Shown: positions 51,532 through 64,000 of the stretch, piece after piece | Numbering within the stretch: the stretch's first letter is position 1 | How the letters are laid out: each line of letters opens with the position of its first letter | Assembly (NCBI GenBank): GCA_964016885.1 | Contig: OZ024743.1 | Location: forward strand, 63,674,001 to 63,738,000 | Length of the DNA: 64,000 nt | DNA from: Eledone cirrhosa | Lineage: Eukaryota | Direction of reading: 5' to 3' | Made by a program: the position numbers and the translations under genes | Notes under the pieces: generated by a model | The model's input: only the letters and a program-made list of their open reading frames with translations | Told to the model about the DNA's origin: nothing | Database searches by the model: none

Positions 51532-53975
51532 ATCATCATTATCATCATCATCATCATCATCATTTTACGTCCGCTTTTCCCTGCTTGCAAGGGTGGGACA
51601 GGTCTTATTCAGCACAGCATCTCTCCACTTGTCACGGTCCATCGTCATCTCCACCGTGAGCATCAGCGATTTGAGGTCTGTTCTCACCACCTCCGCAAAT
51701 GTTTTTCGTTGTCTACCTCTACCACGTCTTCCTTCAACTGGGATTTCCTGGCACTTCTTCACCCATCGGTTATCCTCCATGCGCATCACATGTCCATACC
51801 ACCGCAGTCTCCTCTCTCGCACACGACATTCTATCCCTCTCAGACACAGTTTCTCTCTCAACACATCCATGCTGGGTCGTTCACACACATTGACATTGCA
51901 CATCCAACGGAACATGCTTGCCTCATTTCTCTCCAGCCGTCGCATATCCTCTGCAGTTGCTGCTCAAGTCTCACTACGATGCAGCATTGTGCTCCTCACA
52001 CAGGCATCATATAACTGGCCTTTCGTATGCAGGGAGAAACCCTTCTTTGTCAGCAGAGGAAGCAGCTCCCTAAACTTCTTCCAACCCGTCCTTATTCTAG
52101 ATACTATGGCCTCGTAAAACCCCCTTCCCATGCTAATCTGATCTCCTAGGTACCGGAAGCTATCAACCACTTCTATAGCACCCGCCTGCATTTGAAAAAT
52201 GTGTCTATCAATGCGACTTCTACTGTCTAATTTCCCTGTACATCTGCATACGTATTTCTCCCTACCTGTTAGTTTGCCTGCTATCCCACTACATCTCTTG
52301 TGTACCCAGGATCTGCATTGTGTGCATTTTATAGAATTTATGCCAGTTCCTTTTCTGCATATCGAACATTTCCCTGACGGAATCAGAGTTTTGTCCTCTT
52401 TTCTACTCATCAACACTTTTGTCTTAGCTAGGTTCACTCTCAGTCTTCTTGCTTCCAACTGCTGTTTCCATAGCCAGAATTTATTCTCTAGCTCCTCTAC
52501 TGATTCTGCTATAAGAACCAGATTGTCAGCATAAAGTAGTTCCCATGGACAGCCAGTCTTAAACTCCTCTGTTATGGCTTGGAGGACTATAATGAACAAG
52601 AGCGGGATGAGGACCGAACCTTGAAGTACTCCTACTTGTATCTGGAATTCCTCACTAAACTCCATTCCTACCCTGACTTTACTGACAGCATCTCTGTACA
52701 AAGTTTGCACTGTCCTCACAAGCCATTCCCCAACACCTAGTTTCCTTAGGGATCACCAGATGACAGATCGGGGTACTCTATCAAAGGCCTTCTCTAGGTC
52801 AACAAAAGCTAAGCATAGTGGCTTATTCTTCTCTAAGAAGAGGGTGGCTTATTCTTTACCAAGAAGAGGGCATCTGTTGTACTTTTCCCAGGCACAAAAC
52901 CAAACTACATCTCGTCTAGTTTGACCCTTTCTCTAATTAATTGCGGTAATATCCTTTCTGCCACTTTCATAACCTGATCCATCAGTTTTATACCCCTATA
53001 ATTGCTCCTCACCAGAGCATCCCTTTAGCTTTGTAGCAATTTATGAGAATACTGCTGCACCAGTCTTTGGGTATGATACCACCATAAATAGCCTGATTGA
53101 TGATGCGTGCAACCAGTTTAGTGCTTACGTCCCCTGATGCCTTCAGGATCTCAGCAACTATCCCCGACGGTCCAGCAGCCTTACCATTTTTCATTTGCTT
53201 AACCGCCTCTTGGATCCTATATTCGTCAATCTCAATAGCTGGTCCCTCTGAGGGTAATTTCTCTGATCTACTGAGGGTAATTTCTCTCTCTCCCATTCGT
53301 TCTCCACATTCATCAGTCTCTCATAATGACATTTCCAGGCCTCCTTTTTCTGATCATTTGTGACACTAAGTACACCGGCATCATTCTGGACACATTTATC
53401 TCCAACAACATCCTGATTTGCATTGACACACTGCCTTGCAATGTGGAACACCGCACGCATCTGATCTTCCCGTCGCAGAACATTGGCAAACCTCCTACTC
53501 TCAGCCTCCCTGCGTGTTAAGTACACCTGACGTGTAGCTTCTCTCTTAACGGCTGTATATCCTTCTCTATTCCCACCCTTTTCCAAGCCTTCCATGCTAG
53601 TCTTTTGTCTCTAATGGCCCTATTTACCGTGCTGTTCCACCACCAGGTCACTCTCTGTCTGGTTGGCGTTCTGCTCCAGCCACAAGTTTCATCAGTAGCC
53701 TGCAGTAAGTTGTCACGTAAGAAATTCCAGTTATTATCTATGTCATACGACTCTAAATCGTCGTCTTTTTCGTCATACACATCTTGAAGGGCTTTCCTAA
53801 ATCTGTATTTTAGTGAAAGGTCTTTTAGCTTCCAAACCTTTCTTCTCCACACCTTCTCACGTATGTCTCAGATATAACTAACAACTAACCTATGCTGTGG
53901 GGTACATTCTTCCCCAGGGTATGCCTTGGTATTTGACACCATCTGCCTGTCCAGTTGCCTAACTATCCAGAGAAT
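51532..53975 (-). mobile_element. RTE family A-related subfamily (end of APE, RT + PHD, ORF running into the (TGA)n tail)
   Basis: PGEECTPQHRL, RVTWWWN, LYADNL, CSICRKG...CTQC..WVHKRC, RRLRWYGHV; tail ...aagcggacgtaaaa(tga)n. Confidence 0.93.
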
Positions 53976-54033
53976 ATCCAACTGATAAGGTATGATTTTC
54001 CTGGGTATGTCTCTATTTATAAAACAAACTTTG

Positions 54034-54096
54034 TATTTCATCTGAAGAAAGCGTACCAAAGTGTTTTGGTACCCTTGAAATATATATAATAAAATA
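54034..54096 (+). ncRNA. Type I hammerhead ribozyme motif next to (TA)n
   Basis: TATTTCAT-CTGAAGA-AAGCGTACCAAA(GTGT)TTTGGTACCCTT-GAAA-TATATA-TA-ATAAAATA. One mismatch each in stems I and II, palindromic stem III. Confidence 0.75.
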
Positions 54097-54136
54097 AATA
54101 TGGTTTTATAAATATAGTTTCCATTTATTTAATATC

Positions 54137-54194
<58 letters not shown>

Positions 54195-54629
54195 AATATA
54201 TCTACTAAAATAAGCGCACAGATGTACGCCAATGCCAGCAAATACACAGGTTATGTCATAGTACCTAGGTGGTTCAATGCAGGAGGATGCAGAACAATAA
54301 TATAAAAGACGTAAAATAAGAAAATTTAAAAAATTTTTTTTTTAAAATTAACTTACTTAAATTTTCACTCCAACTAATTAGTTTCTGCAATGGGATAAAG
54401 ACAGTTACGTAATGAACTGTTGAGAATTTCATTGCGTCATCAGGGAGATCTATTCTCAGCCAAGTCTCCAGGCAATGCGCGGACACTGGGGACTCATAAA
54501 AATAATAATAATTCGGTATATATATATATATATCATCATCATCACCATCATCTTCGTTTAACGTCCATCTTCCACGCTAGCATGGGTTAGACGGGAGTTG
54601 TTGGGTGACCGTGTCTCGCTCATATAGGA

Positions 54630-55370
54630 AAAGGAATCCTGAGCTCTTTAAAATACAATATGTTGAAAAGGTAACACACCAGAGAAAGAGATAGTGTGCC
54701 ATCAATAAAACAGGGAAAACCACCAGTGTATGGAATCTATACACTGGGGAATAAAACTGAGATCAATTAATAAAAACAATTATTAAGAACAGGTAAGGGA
54801 GAAAAGGGGTGTAAAAGTTGTAGTAGAGAGTGAGTGTTTGTGATGAGATAAGGGTATATAGTTAAAAAGTGATCTGGGTAAAGGATGAAGATGGTGGGTG
54901 TGTATGTGTTAAAGGTATGGTAGAAAATATGGGGGGGGGGTTTATAAGTCAAATGAAAAAAAATATATAAAAATATATATATATAGAAAGAGATGGGGGA
55001 GAAAAAGTATATGTTGGTAGAAAGTATGTATTCATAAGGTGATGATATTGGTAGTGAGTGGAAGGTGTAATAAGTAAAGAAGAAGCTCAATGTAGTTGAG
55101 TAATCATTGGTGTGTTAATCCAGTTAAAATGGAGATGCAATTTCAGGTGCGGACAACATCTAAAGATCTCGGTCTTAGAGTTGAGACAAGTGGGAGGGAT
55201 TTTCAAATTTTGGAGACGTCTAAATTTTTCCGTAGTACACAAAGAACATTTCTTTGTGCCCCTTTGGTATTCTCTTGAATAGTCTAAATTAGACCAGTCA
55301 ATAGTGTACGGAATGTTTTGTCTTTAAACTCCCACACTTTATTTGCCAGCACCGTTGCTGTTCTTTTTTC
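54630..55370 (-). mobile_element. Penelope-like (Naiad-type) 3' fragment: GIY-YIG C-terminus (55088-55370) and 3'UTR
   Basis: Minus-strand translation (not in the ORF track): KVWEFKDK../WSNLDYSREYQRGTKKCSLCTTEKF...CLNSKTEIFRCCPHLK. Confidence 0.82.
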
Positions 55371-55517
55371 AGGGTGTTGTGTATGTATGTATGTGTGTAT
55401 ATATATATGTGTGTGGTTTTGTATGTATGTATGTGTAAATATATGTGTGTATGTGTGTATATATGTATATATATATATGTATTCATATATATATGTATGT
55501 ATATTTATTTTATATAT

Positions 55518-57938
55518 ATCATCATCATCACCGTTTTACGTCCGTTCTTCCACGCTAGCATGGGTTAGACGGGTTGTCCTGTTGTGGGCAGTGTCTGGTT
55601 GGCTGACCATGCCTTGCTCATACAGGAACTGATTTGGCTTGATTTCTACAGCTGGATGCCCTTCCTAACACCAACCTCATTTACAGTGAGTGCTGGGTGC
55701 TTTTTCGTGGCGCCTACACGTCCACTTTACAGTGTGGGCTGGGTGCTTTTTTGCCGTGGCACCTCCACGACCACCTTGCGGTGGGGGGGGGGCATATTGT
55801 CTATATGCTTCAGCTTGTACCCATGGGAGGTCGGGTTCTCTGTATTACTGCGTGACGCCAGAAGTCACGATCGTGTGTCATTGCCTTTGAGAGGTGTAAT
55901 TGGGTAAGGTCGGCTTTTATCACCTCATCCCAGGTCATCTTGGGTCTCCCCACTCCTCGGTTTCCATCAACTTCTAGTGCTCTGCACCTTTTTATGCAGC
56001 TGTCATCCTTCATACGCATCACATGTCCATACCAGCGCAACCGCCTCTCCTGCACACAGCATTTGATTCCTCTTATGCTCAGTCTCTCTCTCAATTCATT
56101 TATGCTTTGTCGTTCACGTATATTACTGTTACACATCCATCGGAGCATGCAGGCTTCGTTTCTCTCTAATCTACGTAAGTCTTCCACCTTCAGTGCCCAG
56201 GTCTCACTACCATGCAACATCGCTGTTCGGATACACGCATCATACAGTCTGCCTTTCATTCTAGTCTGCCTTTTGCAGCTAGCAGTGGTAGTAGTTCCCT
56301 AAACTTCTTCCATCTCGTTCTTACCCTAGTTATTGTACTTTCTGAACACCCACCACCGCTGCTAATTCGGTCACCTAGGTAGCAGAAGCTGTCTACTGTT
56401 TCTACAGAGCCCTCCCAGAGATTGGTGGTACTTGTTTCCTGTGGCTGTTTGCTGCTTGCTGTCTCAGCACAGCTGCTGCATGTGAATCCTACATTCTTAA
56501 TTAAGCTTCCTGAGATCCCGCTACATCTCTTGTGTACCCATTGTTTGCATTTGGGGCAGAGAATGGAGTTCCTACCTACACCTTTCCTACATACTGAGCA
56601 AGGCCATTTCCCTGAGGGGATCTGGGTTCTGTTTTCTCGTCTACTTACAAGGACCTTAGTCTTTGTCATGTTGACTTTGAGACCCTTTCTTTCTAGTCCC
56701 TGCTTCCAAGTTTGGAATGTATTCTCTAGTTCTACCATAGATTCAGCTATGAGTGCGAGGTCATCAGCATACAGGAGTTCCCATGGGCATCCGGTCTTAA
56801 ACTACTCCGTTATTGCCTGCAGGACTATGATGAACAGGAGGGAGCTAAGAACAGAGCCCTGGTGGACCCCAACCTGTACACTAAATTCCTTGCTATACTC
56901 ATTGCTAATCCTGACTTTGCTGACTGCTCCCCTATACATGGCTTGTACCACTTTCACAAGCCATTCATCTACTCCTAGTTTTCTAAGAGCCCACCAGATT
57001 ACAGCACGTGGAACTCTGTCAAAGGCTTTCTCAAGGTCGACCAATGCCAAGTAGAGTGGCTTACTTTTAGCTAGGTACTTTTCCTGTAATTGCCTCACAA
57101 GGAAGAGGGCATCAGTGGTGCCTCTTCCTGGTACAAACCCAAATTGCATCTCGTCTATTTTCACCCGGACCCTAATCAGCTGTGCTATAACTCTTTCTGT
57201 TACTTTCATGACCTGGTCCATCAACTTTATACCTCTATAGTTTCCTCTATCTAGTGCATCGCCTTTACCTTTGTAGCAGTTGACAATGATGCTACTGCAC
57301 CAATCTTTTGGTATGGCACCTTCTAGTATTACCTGGTTAACGATACGTGTGGTTATAGTGTGACCTACAGACCCAGATGCCTTCAGCATCTCGGCAGCTA
57401 TACCCGATGGACCGGTTGCCTTCCCCATCTTCATATCTTTGATTGCCTTACTTACTACGCTGCTGCTGACTTGTACTGCTGGTCCCGCTATAGGGTCTAC
57501 TTGGGGTAGGGTCTCTTCTTCCCATGCATTCTCCTCATTTAGTAATCTATCATAATGACTCTTCCATGCATCTTTCTTCTCAGCACTTGTGAGAGCAAGC
57601 TCACCTTTATCATTCCGGATACACTTCTCTCCAATGACATCACAACTATCTCTGACACACTGCCTCGCAATCTTGAATACCTCCTGTTTCTGGTCTACGT
57701 TGCAAAACATGCTTGAATTTTCTATCCTCTGCTTCCCTCCTATCTAAGTATACTTGTCGCCTAGCTTCCCTCTTGGTCTCTATGTAATGTACCCTGCTCC
57801 CCCCGTTCTTCCATTCTTTCCATGCCTGTCTCTTGGCCTTAACTGCTTCATCTACCTTATTGTTCCACCACCAAGTCACTCTCCTCCTGCTTGAGGTCTT
57901 ACTCCAGCCACAGACCTCATCCGTCGCCTCTAGTAAAT
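55518..57938 (-). mobile_element. RTE family A copy (RT + intact PHD insert + 3'UTR + tail)
   Basis: ORFs 57646-57879, 56802-57710, 56256-56738 and 55810-56259. Confidence 0.95.
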
Positions 57939-57992
57939 TATTTATACATATATATGTGTGTGTTTGTATGTGTGTATAGGTATATACACAGC

Positions 57993-58037
<45 letters not shown>

Positions 58038-58041
<4 letters not shown>

Positions 58042-58579
58042 GGAAAAAATGAAATTTCATTTCTCACTCTTAGTACGGCTGATACTTAAATATAAGTATG
58101 TATACGTACATACATATATGTATACAGATGTACAGTAGTATGTATAAACATACATACATGCACACATATATATATGTATGTATGGGTTTACCGAACATTT
58201 ATTATAATGTTCGGTTTGTTTGTAAACAAAAAGCCCGAATTAAGCCGTACAGTGTTCGGCAACCATCGTTGCCCTTTTGTTCAACACTGACAAAGGAACG
58301 ATGAACTAGTTTCTAGCTTATTAGCTGTCATCAGCACCGTATACCTTCCTACCAGTCGATTGAATGTTTGAAAGTACATACTTTGCTTATGCATATTAAC
58401 GAGCAGCCTAATTTGCATATCGAGTGAGTTAGTCGGCCGGTCGTACCGAAAACGATAAATGGAAAAAATGAAATTTCATTTCTCACTCTTAGTACGGCTG
58501 ATACTTAAATATAAGTATGTATACGTACATACATATATGTATACAGACGTACAGTAGTATGTATATATATACATACATG

Positions 58580-58590
<11 letters not shown>
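58038..58590 (-). mobile_element. Solo tandem pseudo-LTR of the Naiad-type PLE at 20828-23515 (419-bp unit + ~135-bp direct repeat), in (TA)n
   Basis: Clearly homologous to 20828-21337. The unit restarts at 58457. Confidence 0.88.
58294..58350 (-). ncRNA. Minimal type I hammerhead ribozyme
   Basis: ACGGTG-CTGATGA-C-AGCT(AATA)AGCT-A-GAAA-CTAG-TT-CATCGT. Confidence 0.85.
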
Positions 58591-58616
<26 letters not shown>

Positions 58617-58844
58617 GTATCACAACCGACGAATGTGAGAACGTTCTCCAGGAAAGTTAACCAGGAATCTTAAAAAAGACCTGCCCACCGAAGTTAACAA
58701 AGAACTTACTAGATCTACCAAACTGAATTTTAAAATTATAATATATTATAAAATTAAATTAAATTGTTTAGAACTACAAATGAAGTTCTTTTTTTCCTTT
58801 TTTAGATTACACACACACACACAGACATATATATATATATATAG

Positions 58845-59432
58845 ACTGGAGGTAGACACCCTCAATTAACTCTCCAAATGCATGTTTTAGCATGACTGCG
58901 AAAAAGGTGCCAAACAGAGTGGGGTCTAACATGCAGTCCTGCTTCACACCACTGCATATATTAAATGCTTCCAAAAGAAGAGTCATCAAGTTGAATGATA
59001 CCCTTTATATCTGCATGAAATGACTGGACAACCAATTCTGGCAAGGATCTTGAGCAGGCCATCTCTACTATATAGATTGAATGCCTTCATGAGGTCGTTG
59101 AAGGTGATGTAGAGTGGTTGCCTTTGCTCTCGTCACTTCTGTAGCTGTCAAAGGGAGAAGGTCATGTCGATGATGGAGTATTCTGACTTGAAACCACACT
59201 GAGATTTGGGGTATACACTTTCAGTGATTTTTTGTAGTCTGTTCAGCCCCACGTGGACAAAGACCTTCCCAACAATACTTAGCAGCGAGATGCCTCGGTA
59301 GCTATTGCAGTTGCTTCTGACCCTTTGTTCTTATAGATGGTGACAATATTGCAGTCTCTCATGTCTTGCAGGACTGTTCCCTCTTCCCAGCACTGAGACA
59401 GTAGGTTTAACAAGTGGCTAAGTAGCACTTCC
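58845..59432 (-). mobile_element. RTE/BovB-like RT fragment (third RTE family)
   Basis: CWEEGTVLQDMRDCNIVTIYKNKG, YRGISLLSIVGK, SQCGF, SGVKQDCMLDPTLF. Confidence 0.85.
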
Positions 59433-59433
59433 T

Positions 59434-61482
59434 TTGAAGAGCCATTATGAAAGATTACTGAATGAGGGGAATGAATGGGAGAAAGAGACGCTGCCCCAAG
59501 TGGACCCCATAGAGGGCCCAAAAATACAAGTCAGTAGCAGTGTAGTTAATAAGGCAATTAAGGATATGAAAACTGGGAAAGCAGCCGGTGCATCAGGAAT
59601 AGTTGCTGAGATGCTGAGAGCATCTAGGTCGGTAGGTCACACCATAACCACACGTATTGTTAAGCAAGTAATACTAGATGGCGTCATACCAAATGATTGG
59701 CACAGCAACATCATTGTCAACTGCTACAAGGGTAAAGGAGATGCACTAGATAGAGGTAACTGTAGAGGTATAAAGCTGATGGACCAAGTCATGAAAGTAA
59801 CAGAAATAGTTATAGCACAGTTGATTAGGGGCCGGGTCAAATTAGGTGAGATGCAATTTGGGTTTGTGCCAGGAAAATCCACCACTGATGCCCTCTTCCT
59901 TGTGAGGCAGTTACAGGTAAAGTACCTAGCTAAAAGTAAGCTGTTCTACATGGCATTTGTCTATCTGGAAAAAAGGCTTCGACAGAATATCCCATGTTAT
60001 AATCTGGTGGGCTTTTAGAATACTAGGAGTAGAGGAGTGGCTTCTGAAGTCTGTACAAGCCATGTATAAGGGAGCAGTCAGCAAAGTTAGGGTTAACAAT
60101 GACTATAGCAAGGAATTTAACATACAGGTTGGCATCCACCAGGGCTCTTTTCTTAGTCCTCTTCTGTTTATTATCGTATTGCAGGCTATAAAAGAGGAGT
60201 TTAAGACAGGATGCCCATGGGAACTTTTGTACATAGATCTATGGTGGAATGAGAGAAGAAATTCCAAACATGGAAGCAATGCCTAGAAAGAAGGGGTCTC
60301 AAAGTTAACCTGACAAAGACTAAGGGCCTCGTAAGTAGAAGAAAAAACAGAACCCAGATCCCTTCAGAGAAATGGCCTTGCTCAATATGTAGGAAAGGTG
60401 TAGGTAGAAATTCCATCCTCTGCCCCAAATGCAAACTATGGGTACACAATAGATGTAATGGGATCTCAGGAAGTTTAGCTAAGAATGTAGGCTTTACATG
60501 TAGCACCTGCACCAGAACGGTAACCAACAAACGACCACAGGAAACAAGCACTACCAAATTCTGGGAGGGCTCAGTAGAAACAGTAGACAGCTTCTGCTAT
60601 CTAGGTAACTGAATTAACAGTGGAGGGGGGTATTCTGAAAGTACAGTAACCAGGGTAAGAACAGGATGGGAGAAGTTCAGGGAGCCACTACCACTACTAG
60701 CTACAAAAGGTTTTCCCCTCAAAATTAAAAGAAGGCTGTATGATGCTTGCATATGAACAACAATGGTGCATGGTAGTGAGACCTGAGCATTGTGTGCAGA
60801 AGACTTGTATAGATTAGAAAGAAAAGAAGCTTGCATGCTCAGATGGATATGTAATAGTAATATATGTGAACAGCAAAGCATAAACAAATTGAGAGAGAGA
60901 CTAGGCATAAGAGGTATCAAATGCTGTGTGCGGGAGAGGAGATTATGCTGGTATGGACAGGTGATGCATAGGAAGGATGATAGCTGCATAAAAAGGTGCA
61001 GAGCACTAAAAGTCGATGGAAGCCTTTGAGTGGGGAGACCTAAGAAGACCTGGGATGAGGTGATAAAAGCTGATCTTGCCCAATTGCACCTCTCAAAAGT
61101 GATGACACAGGACTGAGAACTCTGGCACTACGCAGTAATACAGAAGATCTGACTTCCCACGGGTACAAGCCGAAGCTGAAGCCTATAGACAGTACGCCCC
61201 CACCCTATCTCACTGTAAAGTGGTCATCTAGGTGTTACAGCAAAAACTCACCCACTCCTCACTGTAAAGGGGTCGTATAGGCTCCACTGTAAAAAGACAT
61301 CCAGTACTCACTCTAAATGAGATTGGTGCTAGAAAGGGCATTCAGCTGTAGAAACCAAGCCAAAATCAGTTCTGTATGAGCAAGACATGGTCACCTGACC
61401 TGGCATTGCCCACAACAAGACAATTCATCTAACCCATGCTAGCGTGGAAGAATGGACGTAACATGGTGTTGATGATGATGAC
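59434..61482 (+). mobile_element. RTE family A copy (RT + PHD + 3'UTR + tail)
   Basis: ORFs 59434-60018, 59957-60286 and 60790-61029. WPCSICRKG...CPKC..WVHNRC...CSTC at ~60375-60510. Confidence 0.95.
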
Positions 61483-61492
61483 AGTGACTGAG

Positions 61493-61630
61493 GTCCTTGT
61501 TTATAAGCCAACTTTGTGAACATTTTATGACAATACAATAGCTGTGGTCCTTGTTTATAAGCCAACTTTGTAGAATATTTTATGACAATACAATGGCTGT
61601 GGTCCTTCATTATAAACCAACTTTGTGGAA
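61493..61630. repeat. ~54-bp tandem repeat, ~2.6 copies
   Basis: gtccttgtttataagccaactttgt(a)gaa(c/t)attttatgacaatacaat(a/g)gctgtg. Confidence 0.85.
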
Positions 61631-61689
61631 GCAGTAGACATGTTTTGATCTTATTAGATCTTGTCAGTAAAGTATATTTTCATATATAT

Positions 61690-62500
61690 TGAGACTGTGA
61701 GATTGAAGCTGAGCAGGGAAAAGACAACTGCAATGACATTCCACCTGAATACCAAGGAGGCCTCTCAGCATCTCAGTGGCCGTGACAGTTCATCCCTCTC
61801 ATATAATACCACACCAACATATCTTAAAGTGAAATTGGACTGACAGGTGACCTACAGGCAGCACCTTCAGTTCTTACATGCAGAGATGTTTGCAACAAAC
61901 AACCTTCGATGCCATTTGGCAAGCTCATCATGGGGTGTTAGCACATCTCACCCAAGGTACCAGTGCCCTAGCTTTAGTCTAAGGGCTGCTGTGGAGTACA
62001 ACTTCCTTGTATGGAGCAGGAGCTCCCATAAGTAGAAGCTAAATACATCCCTAAACAACATTTAAGGCTCATCAACAGATGTCTCCATCCTACACCAACT
62101 GAGTATCTACCTGTGATTTGAAGTATTGGTGCTGCATCTTTTCATAGAAAGCATTACACACACAGGTTGGTGACCAAGAGTTCAATAGACCAAAGTCAAC
62201 CACTCCATGCATGATATGGCTGGGGATTCTCAGTTATTAAGCCCACATTGTTTATTTTCATGTCACTCTTCATAGAAATCATTACACACACGGGTTGGTC
62301 ACTAAGGCCTCAATAGACCCAAGTCATCCACTCCATGACATGGCTGAAGATTCTCAGCTACTGAGCGAACATTGTTTTATGTCATGCTGCCCTTTCTCTT
62401 GTCACAGAGTAAAGCACCAAGACTCAAATTTCAATATGCTTCTGACATGGACAGATAGCTGGCCACAGATATGATCCAAATGAATGACAACCCCAATAAA
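61690..62500 (+). mobile_element. Decayed Ingi/Vingi-like LINE RT C-terminal fragment with a ~130-bp internal duplication
   Basis: FHLNTKEA, TPTYLKVKLD, TYRQHL, LASSSWG, EYNFLVWSRSSH, PTPTEYLPV. Confidence 0.65.
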
Positions 62501-63260
62501 GCCCTCCCGGGCCCAGGCACTAACCACTCTCAGAGGGAGTAAGTGTCCCTGAAGCTCTTTTTTTAACTTTGAAAAAGTATTCGGAAAAATAAACAAAACC
62601 TTTTTTCAAAGAGATTACTCTTGTTTTCAGCTCTTTCCTTGAAGAAATGTGTAGAACTCTCTATGACGGACGACAATCTTTATATAGGAGTTTAAGACGT
62701 TTGCTTTACAAGCACGAGATTCGATGTTTGATCCCATTGTCACCTTAGATTAGAGGTTCTCAAACTTTAGGGGCCACTGGCACACTCATGGCCCTGTAAT
62801 ACCCTCAGCACACCCACCCCTATTTCCAGAACGACCTGCCAACACACAAATTATAAATATTATATAATAGACAAAATCATTAATTTATATATTATATATG
62901 TTTTTTTATTTTACTATATTTATATATAATGTATCATTTGATAGTTAATATACTACTATATCATATGTATACAATACTATAATAATATAAATGATAAGTT
63001 CATACCGTCTGCCACTCCACCACCAAAAAACAGACCTTTCTACATATGCAAATATATTCTACTCAATAAAGTAATGCACAAATTTACCAGGCATATTGGA
63101 GAAGTTAATAGTATACCACTAAAACAGCCGACCCAGATAGGTTTTTAATGAGGGGGTTCAATTAGAAGGATGTGTTTAGTGAAGTGAAAGTAGCCTCTCA
63201 ATCTCAGGCTAAATGGTACTAAAAATAAGTCTAATACACACACATACATATAAATATATA

Positions 63261-63431
63261 CAGCTAAATTTCCATTATAACGAATACCATTATAACAAAT
63301 GTTGTTTCAATCCCTGAGGTAGTAACAAACAAATGCTCGATTTGTTTTGGTCGATCTCATTATAAAGACATTTTTCGTTACAACGAATTTCTTTTATATC
63401 CCGTGAATTTCGTTATAACGGAATTCCACTG
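63261..63431. mobile_element. Tc1/pogo-type MITE (partial second copy at 63438-63510)
   Basis: TA-CAG...CTG-TA ends; imperfect TIRs cagctaaatttccattataacgaa / ttcgttataacggaattccactg. Confidence 0.7.
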
Positions 63432-63635
63432 TATATACAGGTAACATTTCGTTATAACGAATACCATTATAACGAATTTAATACACGTGAATTTCGGAAT
63501 TTCGTTATATATATATTTATATAAACAGTAGCAGATGTTGAGAATGGTAGTATTCAGTCACTTTGAGGAAGAAGCAAATTTGAATAGATGGAATGTGTAC
63601 AGCATGGAAAAAAAAAAAAAAATTCACGTCTCAAT

Positions 63636-63760
63636 TCCCATGGTTCATTTCAAACGCCATTTTAAATCCCATGGTTCATTTCAACCGCCATTTTTATTCC
63701 CATGGTTCATTTAAAATGCCATTTTTATTCCCATGATTCATTTCAAACGACATTTTTATC
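63636..63760. repeat. 31-bp tandem repeat, 4 copies
   Basis: tcccatggttcatttcaaacgccatttt(a/t)a(a/t). Confidence 0.9.
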
Positions 63761-64000
63761 CAGCAAAAGGAAAAAAAAAAGAAACAATTAAAGCCACAAA
63801 AAACGGTAATTAATTATTATATCAATTAATTATAGAATGTATATAAGTTTTAACAGTATATATAATTAAAGAAATGATATGCATCTTAAGAGTGGAGGAG
63901 AGAGAGAAAATTGTGATACAGTATACTAGACGCCAATAGCAGAAGCGAAATGTTCTCAATGCTTAGGGGTGCAGTGTTAGATATTATAGAAAGGTTAATA

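Noticed and set aside
51413-52117. Long plus-strand ORFs opposite RTE copies (also 56422-57054 and 509-778)
   Set aside because: Antisense shadows of the RT coding frame.
54395-54480. Minus-strand CTGATGA-cgcaat-GAAA with nearby hairpins as a hammerhead or SECIS
   Set aside because: Stem II does not pair and there is no NUH in register with a stem I. The hairpin is real but no known fold fits.
62750-62800. hAT/Charlie-like TIR (gaggttctcaaacttt); also a possible TIR at 26805-26830
   Set aside because: Only one end was found, with no partner TIR or TSD.

Overview
AT-rich eukaryotic (animal) genomic DNA with no host protein-coding gene that I can support. The window is dense with repeats. The mix of SINEs, RTE LINEs and (TA)n tracts suggests a mollusc, probably an octopus, but this is inference only. 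Contents: (1) at least 9 copies or fragments of an RTE-clade LINE whose reverse transcriptase carries a Cys4-His-Cys3 PHD finger inserted between RT motifs 6 and 7, plus other RTE, CR1-like, Ingi/Vingi-like and one long L1/Tx1-type LINE; (2) Penelope-like elements (Naiad-type RT + GIY-YIG) and their pseudo-LTRs next to (TA)n tracts; (3) about 12 type I hammerhead ribozyme motifs, 7 intact-looking and 5 degenerate, that I folded by eye, including a 593-bp near-perfect foldback carrying one hammerhead on each strand; (4) two tRNA-derived SINE families (CORE-type with an RTE tail, and Meta-domain type); (5) deleted maT (DD37D) and mariner transposons, MITEs and non-autonomous Helitrons; (6) mini- and microsatellites. 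Most short ORFs in the track are antisense or microsatellite artefacts. Boundaries of decayed repeats are approximate.
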